NCBI GenBank assembly: GCA_937926145.1
Contig: CALANW010000118.1
Span: forward strand, 18,338-82,337
Origin: an uncultured Ruminococcus sp.
GTDB taxonomy: Bacteria; Bacillota; Clostridia; Oscillospirales; Ruminococcaceae
DNA: 64,000 nucleotides
Direction: 5' to 3'
Made by a program: the position numbers and the translations under genes. How positions within the stretch are numbered: position 1 is the first letter of the stretch; every line of letters begins with the position of its first letter. Under the pieces are notes generated by a model. It made no database searches and was not told the origin of the DNA. It saw only the letters and a program-made list of their open reading frames with translations. Positions 36,717 through 47,200 of this stretch are shown piece by piece.

Positions 36717-37472
36717 TCACTCTGCTGTTTCTTCGGTTTCAACGAGGCTTGGGTCAAAAACGAACTGGTCGCTTTCTTCCATTACCTTATCGATATTCAG
36801 AGGATAGATGGAATAGATCTTAAGATTTATTGAGCTTTCTACCTCTGCTGCACCCTGTTCATCTTCGCCCTTATTGAATTCGGTGACGATAATAGTCTTG
36901 CCGTTTTCCTTTACAGCGTCAATAAACTTATAAAGTCCGGAATAATCCATTTTATCTCTGTAGTCAACGGTCATAGATGTAACGCCGATGATGCTGCTGC
37001 CGCCTGTGCGCTTGTTTGCCTTATTATATGCATCATAAACTTCCTGCGGAAGTTCATTGTAAAGGTCGCTGTCGATGAAGATATCGCAGGCAGCGATATT
37101 CTGCGCATTTACGACATACTGTTCAATATCGTCAGCGGATGTGTACTGAGTGTTCATTCCGCGAACTGTTACGTTATTTCCGAGGATCTCACGGACATAC
37201 TGTTCGTTGAGGTACGGATCCTGCTCAGGCATAAAATATTCCTGGATCTCGCCAACATCCTGTGCTGCGGATTTAAGTGCAGCAACAACATCAGGGAGGG
37301 TGTTTATCTTAGCTTCAACATCAGCCTGTTCTGACTGTTTTGCCTGGAGTGCGCTCTTTGCATAATTCATTTCCTCAAACTTAGGCTTGATGAAAACGAA
37401 AATACCTGCAACGATAATAATTATAACGATCGCTGCAACAAAAATTACTTTATCTCTGTATGAAAGCTTCAT
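36717..37472 (-). CDS. PilO-like pilus assembly protein (single N-terminal TM, coiled coil)
   Basis: 251 aa with a TM at residues ~10-30, then a coiled-coil segment. The call rests on its position after pilMN. Confidence 0.5.
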   Translation of the reverse strand: MKLSYRDKVIFVAAIVIIIIVAGIFVFIKPKFEEMNYAKSALQAKQSEQADVEAKINTLPDVVAALKSAAQDVGEIQEYFMPEQDPYLNEQYVREILGNNVTVRGMNTQYTSADDIEQYVVNAQNIAACDIFIDSDLYNELPQEVYDAYNKANKRTGGSSIIGVTSMTVDYRDKMDYSGLYKFIDAVKENGKTIIVTEFNKGEDEQGAAEVESSINLKIYSIYPLNIDKVMEESDQFVFDPSLVETEETAE

Positions 37473-37474
37473 TC

Positions 37475-38983
37475 TTATTCAGCCTCCTCTGTTGTTTCTT
37501 CGGGAACGACTTCCTTTATCTGGACAAAGATCGTGAAATCATATACTTCCTTTACCGAATCCTTATCCGACGAGCTGCTGTAGCCTGTGTAGGTTATATT
37601 GGAGAAAGCATCCTGATCGACAAAATTCGTAACTACCTTTGCAGGTGTCTGGTTGTCATCAGCACGGCACTGGAGAGTGATCGCACCGTTGGAATAAGTG
37701 TAACTGAGTATCTTTGCATCTGTGCCCTTGAAGTTTTCCTCGAGGGTCGTTTTAACTTCTGTTGTGAATACAGGAAGCGAATCGAAATAGCCCTTAGCTT
37801 CTTCAAGGCTGCTGCGGAACGAATTTACCTTGTCGAGCTTTGCCTGAGCTGTGTCAACAGCGGCAGTCTTCTGTGCTGTTTCGGGACTGTCGAGCCAAGC
37901 CTGGATCGTTGCGGTATCGTCCTCATACTGGCTCTTTACAACGTTTGCGCCGAGAGTAATACCTGCAACAAGAGCGATCGAAGCAAGAGCTGCGACTGCA
38001 ACGGTAACAACAAAGGAAGCACCTGCAGCGGAACGTCCCGATGTTGCGTCTGTTTCGATAAGGTTGATTCTTTCGGAGTCCTTGTTGCTTCTGAGCATAG
38101 CGCCGATAGCGTTTGCATAAGCCTGGAACTCGAAGTTTTCATAGCCGCCGACGTTGTTCGGAACACCGAGGAGGCTCGTTACGATATCAAGGGATTCAAG
38201 AGCATTTGTAAGGCGGATATACTCTGTTGTATCACCGTAGAAAACAACGTTCTTGATAGGATCTTCGGGATTTCTCGATCTCTGGAACTGGAACATACGG
38301 GAGATGTTTTCGGTAACAGCTTCGTAGATGTAATCCTCGGAGTTGTCATAGTCAACAGGGTCGATCGATGCAAAACGCGAGAATGTAAGCTGGTTGTTCT
38401 CATAGAGGTTAAGGCTTACGAAGTTCGGGTCGATCTGAACGAGGAGCATAGGCATTTTTGCCTTCATCTTCGGATCGGAAATGATAAGTCTTGAAATAGT
38501 GTTGCAGGCAACGGCTACGGAACGAAGTCCTATGCCGAGCATCGAGAACACCTTTCTGAAGCAGTCAACGACTTCAAACGGGCAGGCTGTTGCAAGTATC
38601 TTAAGAGCCGCAACGCCATCCTCTTCGATCTCACCTGCAATGGTGTAGGAGATCGAATAGTCGTCAGCAATACCCATTGTATGCTGCATCTGGTTCTGGA
38701 CCATTGAAAGGAGCTGAGCGCCCTTTGCCTTAGGGATATGTAACTCCTTGAAGATAACAAGGTTCGAGGAAATGCTGATAACAGCTTCCTTGTCAGCCAT
38801 CTTCTTGTTTTTGAGTTCTTCGTTGATTATTGTTGCGATTTTAGGTATATCTTTAATGTGACCATTAACGATAAGACCTTCTTCGAGATCGATAGCAGCA
38901 GCAGCGGAAACCTTGATCTTGTTGTTTGCTTCTGTACCACGAATAATTCGAATATGTCTGTCGGTAATATCAAATGAAAGCAT
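37475..38983 (-). CDS. pilM: PilM-PilN fusion-type pilus assembly protein
   Basis: Start at MLSFDIT after GAGGTG. Actin-like N-terminal ~330 aa, a TM segment (FVVTVAVAALASIALVAGITLG), then an extracytoplasmic tail. Confidence 0.65.
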   Translation of the reverse strand: MLSFDITDRHIRIIRGTEANNKIKVSAAAAIDLEEGLIVNGHIKDIPKIATIINEELKNKKMADKEAVISISSNLVIFKELHIPKAKGAQLLSMVQNQMQHTMGIADDYSISYTIAGEIEEDGVAALKILATACPFEVVDCFRKVFSMLGIGLRSVAVACNTISRLIISDPKMKAKMPMLLVQIDPNFVSLNLYENNQLTFSRFASIDPVDYDNSEDYIYEAVTENISRMFQFQRSRNPEDPIKNVVFYGDTTEYIRLTNALESLDIVTSLLGVPNNVGGYENFEFQAYANAIGAMLRSNKDSERINLIETDATSGRSAAGASFVVTVAVAALASIALVAGITLGANVVKSQYEDDTATIQAWLDSPETAQKTAAVDTAQAKLDKVNSFRSSLEEAKGYFDSLPVFTTEVKTTLEENFKGTDAKILSYTYSNGAITLQCRADDNQTPAKVVTNFVDQDAFSNITYTGYSSSSDKDSVKEVYDFTIFVQIKEVVPEETTEEAE

Positions 38984-39026
38984 ACTCGTCACCTCACTGA
39001 TTTATTTTTTAAATAGATTTTTATTT

Positions 39027-40220
39027 TTACTGGATATTTTCGAACGAACCGTAAAGAGCCGGAAGGATACCTGCAATAACGAAACCGATCGCAGTACCCA
39101 TAAAGATGATCATTACAGGCTCGATCATACCGACAAGACGTCCGATAGCAGCGTCCGATTCATCTTCATAGAATTCAGCGGACTTTGTAAGAATGGTATC
39201 GAGCGCACCGGATTCCTCACCAACATAGATGATAGAAACGAACATTGACTCGAAAATGCCCGTTCTCTGAATGGAAACGGAGAGCTGTTCACCCTGCTTT
39301 ACTTCATCAACGACTGTTTCAAAAGCCTTTTCGATATAGTCATTGTTAAGGATAGCAGCCGAACGTTCAAGTGCTTCGACCATAGGGATACCGGAGGAAT
39401 AAAGCGACGAAAGTGTTCTTGCGAATTTACCGGTATAAACCTTTACAACAAGCTTTCCGAAGCCGGGACCTTTACATTTCAGTTTATCCCATTTATAATG
39501 TATCGACGGAACTTTAAGAGCATACTTTACTGCAAAGATAACGCCGAGGATAACAGCGATGTAAACATACCAGTAGCCGATAAGGCTGTCGGAGAATGCA
39601 AAAAGAGCACCTGTGATACCCTTCATATCCTCTTCTCTCATCATATCCTTGAATGTAGGCATGATAAATGTGAAAAGGAGAACAACGATCGCTACGCAGA
39701 GAACAGCAAGGATAATAGGATACATCATTGAGCCTTTTATCTTGTTGTTGAGTTTAGCTTCCTTTGCGTAGTTATCTTCAAGTCGCTTTGAAATAACGTC
39801 AAGAGAACCCGAAGCTTCACCTGCCTGAACCATCGAGATCATAAAGTTCGGGAATGCACCCTGCTGCATTTTGAGAGCGTCCGAGAAAGACGAACCCTTC
39901 TGAACTTCTTCGTAGATCTCCTGATAGATCTGCTTCTGCGCTTTCTTTTCCTGCTCTTTATACAGGATATCGAGCGCCTTGACGAGTGTGAGTCCCGATG
40001 TCAGCATTGCGCTGAGCTGTCTGCAGTCATTGGAGAGCTCTTTTGTCGTGAACTTATGAAGAGTGTTTGTCGTTTTGGAAGAAGCTTCCTTGTAGCTGGA
40101 GCAAAAAAGCCCCTTTTCGTGGATCTTTTCCAAAAAGTCATTTACATCCTCAGCCGTCATTCGAGCGTTCTTGACAGTATTGCCCTGAACGTCTGTGGCG
40201 GTGTAGATAAATGTCTTCAT
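39027..40220 (-). CDS. pilC: type IV pilus platform protein PilC (GspF family)
   Basis: 397 aa with two GspF-type repeats and three TM segments. Confidence 0.88.
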   Translation of the reverse strand: MKTFIYTATDVQGNTVKNARMTAEDVNDFLEKIHEKGLFCSSYKEASSKTTNTLHKFTTKELSNDCRQLSAMLTSGLTLVKALDILYKEQEKKAQKQIYQEIYEEVQKGSSFSDALKMQQGAFPNFMISMVQAGEASGSLDVISKRLEDNYAKEAKLNNKIKGSMMYPIILAVLCVAIVVLLFTFIMPTFKDMMREEDMKGITGALFAFSDSLIGYWYVYIAVILGVIFAVKYALKVPSIHYKWDKLKCKGPGFGKLVVKVYTGKFARTLSSLYSSGIPMVEALERSAAILNNDYIEKAFETVVDEVKQGEQLSVSIQRTGIFESMFVSIIYVGEESGALDTILTKSAEFYEDESDAAIGRLVGMIEPVMIIFMGTAIGFVIAGILPALYGSFENIQ

Positions 40221-40288
40221 ATAGGATTTACACCTCCGGTTGGATAAAAAAGATTTAAGGGCACACCCTGCCCCAAGATACTACCCCT

Positions 40289-40317
40289 ATTATAACATTT
40301 TGGTTACAAATTGGCAA
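40289..40317 (-). promoter_or_regulatory. promoter of the pilC-pilMN-... operon (extended -10)
   Basis: Minus strand reads TTGCCA (40317-40312), a 17-nt spacer ending in TGT, then TATAAT (40294-40289). Confidence 0.6.
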
Positions 40318-40616
40318 TATGTTATTTTCAACAAAATGTCTAAAAATATTGTACGTTTATCACAAAGCTTTCAACAACATCTATGTTTTAAGTCTAAAAT
40401 ATGTCCTGATTTTGTATTTATTTCATCTTTTTGATATACTATTCTTGTCCTCCAAAAACTTGCACAGCAATAGTGCTTTTTCCTGCAAAAACTCAAAAAC
40501 AAGCCTCTGCAATGCAACTTATCTTTTAAAATCCTGCATCATTACGTCATATTGCTCAATATTTATGGTCAAATATTGTAAACCTATAAAAAATTTGATT
40601 TTTTGGCAAAAAGCTC

Positions 40617-40645
40617 TTGCAAACCAAAGATGTATAGTGTATAAT
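40617..40645 (+). promoter_or_regulatory. gdhA promoter (extended -10)
   Basis: TTGCAA (40617-40622), a 17-nt spacer ending in TG, then TATAAT (40640-40645). Confidence 0.6.
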
Positions 40646-40728
40646 AGAAACTGTAATGTTCTCCGTAACGAAAAAGCGGCGGAACGAGAAGCTGTGAGTG
40701 AGTCATCAGCACTATATACTATTATTAA

Positions 40729-42099
<1,371 letters not shown>

Positions 42100-42102
<3 letters not shown>

Positions 42103-42585
42103 TTCGGAATTAGGAATTCGGAATGCGGAATTAGTTTGCTTCGCAAATAATTTTAAATCGTTGGGGCGGATTCTATATCCGCCCTTTTCGTGTTTAATTG
42201 CTAATTGGATTTTCGATATGCGAATAAACAAAGACAGACCTGTTTTCAAAGAATTATCCCTTTGAAAACAGGTCTGTTCGTTTATTTTATACTAAACACC
42301 AATTAAAAACTATACAAAAAATCAAGCAAAAGCTCGTAGCTGTTATAACAGCTTGATGTTGAAAACAGGTTTATATGGCTTTTGCGCCGATTTTTTGTCT
42401 ACACTTTGATTAAAAATTAGTATTATAACGCCTTGCGGCGCGGGACGGGAAACCCGTCCCCTACAGTAGTTCCGCTGTAATTCGTAGATTGCATCGGGCG
42501 GATATGGAATCCGCCCCTACGAAAATCCGTTTTTTCGCCGTAAATTTTCGGAGCAAAATAATTCCGAATTCCGCATTCCGAATTA
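42100..42585. repeat. mosaic intergenic repeat locus B (type example)
   Basis: Left array T(AATKMGG)x4AATTAG at 42100-42134. Right array (ATTCCGM)x3 at 42558-42585. Palindromes at 42163-42184 (+), 42442-42464 (-) and 42496-42520 (-). Central terminator hairpin at 42234-42277. Confidence 0.85.
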
Positions 42586-43635
42586 ATCCTTAATGTTTTC
42601 TATAAACTTCGTCAATTCCCCTGCCATTTCATTGTGTTCCGCAAGTCTTGGGTGTCCGGGAGTTGCCGCGCCGTTTCTTGTAAAGAGGTTATGGTATGCT
42701 TTTATGCCCATTTCGTTAAGCTCGTTCTTTATCTCCTCTATTGCGTTATCCCATTCGGCATCGTGCATCAATATTGTCGTTGTGAGGACAAATTTCGGCG
42801 AGGAATACTTTTTATCGAGGTCGCGGACCATTTTGATATATGCGGTCTTCCACACTTTTCTGTACTCGGGGTCGGAGATGTTTATATCGTCGCTGTCCGT
42901 TCTGCCGTTATGCTTATCGTTCTGACCGATAGCAATTACGACGATATCGGGGATATAACGTGAGAAATCCCACTGCGAAAGTCCGCCCTCGGGGAAGTAA
43001 CAGAGCTTATCATAGACGCTTTCCAGTCCGATATAATCGGGGTGGTGGAAATATCCCGTTCCGTCAAAGAGCGCGATGCCGCCCTGACAGATATTATGTA
43101 TTTCCGCACCGATATTGCGCGCGGTCTGCATCACAAAGCTGTTCCAGACGTTATCATAGCGGCTATTGTGATTTTCTGGGTCACATTTGCCGATATAATC
43201 TGCGGCTTCGATGACCTCACCTGCGCAAACGCTGTCGCCGTAAACTTCCATTTTAAGCTTCGGCTTTTCGGGCGCATCGAGCATTTCGCCGTCTATCTCA
43301 ATACCTTTGAGGGTCAAAAGCTGGTTTGCGGCGTGCTGCTTGTATATTGTGACATTATGCTCGGTGTTTTCAAGGTTTTCCGCTATAACAATATCGATAT
43401 CCCTGCCGTTATTTTCGGCGGAAAGCTTCACACTGCACTGTTTTCCGTCAACGACTGCGCCGAGGGAAAGTTCGCCCCAATAGATAACGGTGTTGATCCT
43501 GACGGTGAGTGCTGTTCCCTTGAAGCGGAACGAAGCACTTGAACCTGCGTAGTAAAACACGGGTGCATTTTCATCACCGAAATTTATTCTTCCGCTGTAT
43601 GATATCCTTTTATCCGACATTTTTATGCTGTTCAT
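42583..43635 (-). CDS. SGNH-hydrolase carbohydrate esterase (CE2-like acetyl esterase) with N-terminal beta-sandwich
   Basis: 350 aa with GDS block (VYGDSVCAG), GQND block and a C-terminal His (PGHP). No signal peptide. Confidence 0.75.
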   Translation of the reverse strand: MNSIKMSDKRISYSGRINFGDENAPVFYYAGSSASFRFKGTALTVRINTVIYWGELSLGAVVDGKQCSVKLSAENNGRDIDIVIAENLENTEHNVTIYKQHAANQLLTLKGIEIDGEMLDAPEKPKLKMEVYGDSVCAGEVIEAADYIGKCDPENHNSRYDNVWNSFVMQTARNIGAEIHNICQGGIALFDGTGYFHHPDYIGLESVYDKLCYFPEGGLSQWDFSRYIPDIVVIAIGQNDKHNGRTDSDDINISDPEYRKVWKTAYIKMVRDLDKKYSSPKFVLTTTILMHDAEWDNAIEEIKNELNEMGIKAYHNLFTRNGAATPGHPRLAEHNEMAGELTKFIENIKD

Positions 43636-43839
43636 TTTTTATCCTCCTAAAACCGGAAATGAAAACATTTTCATTCCTACTGTTATAATATTTTAACATA
43701 CATTCTCGGTATGTTCAAGCAAAATCATATAATTTTTTCAAAAATATACAGAAAATCCTCATTATAAACTCATTATGGAATAGTATAATTAAGGTAGAAA
43801 GAAGTACACTTTATCATTCCGATAGGCGGTGAAGACAAT

Positions 43840-45471
43840 ATGAAATCAAGGCTTTTTATCAACCAGCTCGGCTATGAGCTTTACGGTCCGAAAACGGCTG
43901 TTGTCACGGGCATCACCCAAACAGAATATTTCAGCATTGTCGATTGCTCCACTGAGAAAACTATGCTCACGGGGCAGCTTTCCAAGCCGCTTTTTGACGA
44001 AGCTTCGGGAGAATACACTGCCATTGCGGATTTCTCCACGTTCCGTCTTCCGGGAAGATATTACATAAAGGTCGGCAGGAAGCACTCATACGAATTCGAT
44101 GTGCGCGAACGCCCCTACTGCAACCTTAAAGCAACGCTGCTCCGCGGATTTTATTACAACCGCTGCGGCGAAGTGAGCGATGAGAATCCTGCAATTATCC
44201 CCGAATATGCTCACCCGAAATGCCACTGCGAGCCTGCGGAGCTTGTCGAGAACCGTGAAAAGATCATCGATGTTTCGGGCGGCTGGCACGATTCGGGCAG
44301 CTATGTAAAGGCTGTCCCGAGCGCCTGCATTGCCCTTGCTCAGATGCTTTATGCTTATAAAATGTTCCCTGCCGAATTTTGCAGCAGGGACAATATCCCC
44401 GATTCGCCCAAGGGTATGCCCGATATCCTCGCCGAGTGCAGAGTCGAACTTGTATGGCTGCTGAAAATGCAGACGAGGAGCGGCGGAGTTTACCACAAGG
44501 TTTCGACACCGAACGTCAGCGTTTTTGCACGTCCCGAAAATGACCACGAGCTTCAGCTCGTTGCGCCCGTTTCGTTCCAGGCGACCGCCTGCTTTACGGC
44601 TGTTGCGGCGCTCGCAAGCAGTATATACGAAGAATTCGACAGGGACTTCGCCGACCTGCTCCAGTCTGCGGCTTTCAGCGGTTGGATATGGCTTTCCTCC
44701 TGCGAAGAACCTCAGCAGTTCGTCAACTCTCCCGAATTTACACATTCATCGAGCGGCGATATCAAACCGAGAAGCCTTACGGATACGCTCTTCTGGACAG
44801 TGTGCGAGCTTTATTCGCTCACGGGCGAAGAATCGTTCCGCAGGAAGATACATCAACTCTATAAAAATGTCTGCGCAACGGAATTTTCCTGCTTCGGCAC
44901 GGGCGGCTTCGGCGCACTCGCCTATATCACGACCGACAGAGTAAAAGACCTCGAAGTGGATCGTCATATACGCCTCCAGTTCCGTATCGAAGCCGACAAT
45001 ATCATCGGTCTTTCCGAGCATAACGGCTTTGAAACTGCGCAAGCACCCTCGGAGTATAACTACTTCACCAATATAAATGTCCTTAACCGTGCAATGGTGC
45101 TTATCGTTGCGAATATCTTTTTCCACAGCAGAGAGTATGTCAACGCCGCCGCAAGCCAGTTCGACTATATCCTCGGAAAAAATCCGCTCGGGCAGTGCTT
45201 TATCACGGGCGTTGGCATCAACCCAGTAAAAAATCCGCACCACAGACTTTCGGCATTCTCCGAAACGGACGACCCCGTACCGGGACTTCTCGTCATAGGC
45301 GTATGCGCGGACGACGATGCAAAGGATTCATTCGCGAAATGGAATATCCCGAGAGGAACACCGCGCGCGAAATGCTACTGCGACAACAAAGTATGCTATT
45401 CGACAAATGAAACCGTACTCTTTGCAAACTCGGCAATGCTGTTTGTTACGGCGTTTTTCGACAAAATGTGA
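43840..45471 (+). CDS. glycoside hydrolase family 9 protein with N-terminal Ig-like domain, no signal peptide
   Basis: Near matches to both GH9 signatures (GVGINPVKNPHHR; YCDNKVCYSTNETVLFANS). The DAGD box reads GGWHDSGS. Confidence 0.8.
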   Translation: MKSRLFINQLGYELYGPKTAVVTGITQTEYFSIVDCSTEKTMLTGQLSKPLFDEASGEYTAIADFSTFRLPGRYYIKVGRKHSYEFDVRERPYCNLKATLLRGFYYNRCGEVSDENPAIIPEYAHPKCHCEPAELVENREKIIDVSGGWHDSGSYVKAVPSACIALAQMLYAYKMFPAEFCSRDNIPDSPKGMPDILAECRVELVWLLKMQTRSGGVYHKVSTPNVSVFARPENDHELQLVAPVSFQATACFTAVAALASSIYEEFDRDFADLLQSAAFSGWIWLSSCEEPQQFVNSPEFTHSSSGDIKPRSLTDTLFWTVCELYSLTGEESFRRKIHQLYKNVCATEFSCFGTGGFGALAYITTDRVKDLEVDRHIRLQFRIEADNIIGLSEHNGFETAQAPSEYNYFTNINVLNRAMVLIVANIFFHSREYVNAAASQFDYILGKNPLGQCFITGVGINPVKNPHHRLSAFSETDDPVPGLLVIGVCADDDAKDSFAKWNIPRGTPRAKCYCDNKVCYSTNETVLFANSAMLFVTAFFDKM

Positions 45472-45476
45472 TAGTT

Positions 45477-45820
45477 TAATGCGGAATTAGGAATTCGGAA
45501 TTATTAGCATAGCTAACATTTGCCTGGTATTGCGAAGCCAAGCGAAACTTTATAAACCAACAATCAAATAGCGTGATATTTAGCAGATCAAAAGCGCAGT
45601 TCACACGATAACGGAAAACGAAATTCGTGATCTTTAATGTGAATTGCGCTGTTCTGTTTTTCCGAAACAAGCAAACAGCTTATACATAATGTTAGAATAT
45701 AACAACGCGTCAAAGCAATATGCCGCAGGGCTATTTACTTTTATATTTTTTACGGTATAATTAAAAATCAGAGCATGGACCCACGGCAATTCCGAATTCC
45801 GCATTCCGAATTCCGAATTT
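45477..45820. repeat. mosaic intergenic repeat locus C
   Basis: Left array at 45477-45503 (TAATGCGGAATTAGGAATTCGGAATTA). Right array (ATTCCGM)x4 at 45788-45820, directly upstream of the traX RBS. Confidence 0.8.
45593..45661 (+). terminator. long-loop hairpin plus U-rich tail inside locus C
   Basis: AGCGCAGTTCACA...TGTGAATTGCGCT followed by GTTCTGTTTTT. Plausible GH9 terminator. Confidence 0.45.
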
Positions 45821-45841
45821 ATCATAAGGGGTATTTTTTAA

Positions 45842-46591
45842 ATGAAAAAGGGCTTGAACTCCAATGCACTTAAAATGATCGCCGTTGCCGCAATGACGAT
45901 AGACCATATCGCATGGCTCGCTTTCCCCGATTATCCGCACGAAGCTCTGCCCGTTATCCTGCACATCATCGGCAGGCTGACCTGCCCCATTATGTGCTTT
46001 TTTATCGCAGAGGGATATCACTACACCAAAAATATCCGCAAATATACCTGCCGATTGTTCGTATTTGCGTTCATCTCGCATTTCGCATATATTTTCGCAT
46101 CTGCGGATTTTGTCGATTGGAAGTCATTTATCCCGTTTTATTACGGAAATATCCTCAACCAGACGAGCGTTATCTGGCCTCTCGCATGGGGGCTTGTTAT
46201 GCTGCGCGTAGTCAACAGCGAAAAGATACGGAAGCAATGGGTCAAAACCGTTCTTATACTGCTGATATGCCTTGTGACATTCCCGAGCGACTGGAGCTGC
46301 ATCGCAAGTCTTTGCATACTCGCATTCGGCACGAACCGCGGCAACCTCAAAGCGCAGTCGCTTTGGATGATCTTCTATGTTGCTATCTATTCAGCTGTTT
46401 ATTGCTTCACTATCGACTGGGTATACGGACTTGTGCAAATGGGCGTTGTCCTCGCGATACCGTTCATAAAGCTTTACAACGGCGAAAGAGGCAAAAACCC
46501 TCGCACAAACAAAGCTATGAAGTGGATTTTCTACATATACTATCCGCTTCATCTTGCAATTCTCGGCTTTATCCAGCTTGCTTTGCGATAA
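45842..46591 (+). CDS. TraX-family membrane protein
   Basis: 249 aa starting LKMIAVAAMTIDHIAW, as is typical of the TraX family. Polytopic. Confidence 0.8.
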   Translation: MKKGLNSNALKMIAVAAMTIDHIAWLAFPDYPHEALPVILHIIGRLTCPIMCFFIAEGYHYTKNIRKYTCRLFVFAFISHFAYIFASADFVDWKSFIPFYYGNILNQTSVIWPLAWGLVMLRVVNSEKIRKQWVKTVLILLICLVTFPSDWSCIASLCILAFGTNRGNLKAQSLWMIFYVAIYSAVYCFTIDWVYGLVQMGVVLAIPFIKLYNGERGKNPRTNKAMKWIFYIYYPLHLAILGFIQLALR

Positions 46592-46615
46592 AACCTTATT
46601 AATTTGGTGAGAAAA

Positions 46616-47098
46616 ATGAACAAACAAGAAACCTACGCTTTTCTAAAGGAAAATAACATAGAATTTGAAGCTGTCGAGCATAAAGCCGTGTTCAATATGG
46701 ACGAACTCGGCACGATCGAGCTTCCCCACCCCGAATGGGAAGCGAAAAACCTTTTTGTCCGTGATGATAAAAAGCGGAACTACTACCTTATCACCGTTAA
46801 GGGCGACAAGCGTGTCGATCTAAAGGATTTTCGCCAAAAGCACGAATTAAGACATCTTTCGTTTGCCTCTGCCGATGACCTGCTCGAAATTATGGAACTC
46901 ACCCCGGGCTCGGTAACACCGCTCGGACTGCTTAACGACAGCGAATGCAAGGTGAAATTTTACCTTGATGCCGAATTTGAGAGTGGAATGATCGGTGTTC
47001 ACCCTAACGACAACACCGCGACCGTTTATATGAAAGCCGATGATGTTCTGCGACTTATCATTGAACACGGCAATGAAGCGGAAATGACCGAAATATAA
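46616..47098 (+). CDS. YbaK/ProX-type aminoacyl-tRNA editing domain protein
   Basis: Start at MNKQETY after GGTGAG. Contains the NLFVRDDKKRNYYLI...GSVTPLGL pattern of the prolyl-tRNA editing family. Confidence 0.75.
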   Translation: MNKQETYAFLKENNIEFEAVEHKAVFNMDELGTIELPHPEWEAKNLFVRDDKKRNYYLITVKGDKRVDLKDFRQKHELRHLSFASADDLLEIMELTPGSVTPLGLLNDSECKVKFYLDAEFESGMIGVHPNDNTATVYMKADDVLRLIIEHGNEAEMTEI

Positions 47099-47158
47099 GG
47101 AGTTACATTTAATGATATTGAATAATCGGAGAATTCCGATATTAGACCCAAGAACCTG

Positions 47159-47192
47159 CCTTGAAAACCGAATCTAAAAATTTTCAAGGGAG
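47159..47192 (+). promoter_or_regulatory. SD-occluding hairpin in the pnuC leader
   Basis: CCTTGAAAA (47159-47167) pairs with TTTTCAAGG (47181-47189). The 3' arm overlaps the AAGGGAG SD, 9 nt before the ATG. Confidence 0.45.
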
Positions 47193-47200
47193 AAATGTAA

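Noticed and set aside
37460-38494. 344-aa plus-strand ORF inside pilMN.
   Set aside because: It is antisense to the pilus operon, has a Cys-rich improbable composition and lacks an RBS. I rejected 7526-8359 (opposite rpsC), 50988-51944 (opposite ilvB), 41056-41646 (opposite gdhA), 44086-44745 (opposite GH9), 59899-60741 and 61334-61930 (opposite the transglutaminase-like genes) for the same reasons.
45913-46602. 229-aa Arg-rich ORF in an alternative frame of traX.
   Set aside because: It is on the same strand as the well-supported TraX-family membrane protein but out of frame. The composition (R/H/P-rich) is typical of an off-frame artefact.
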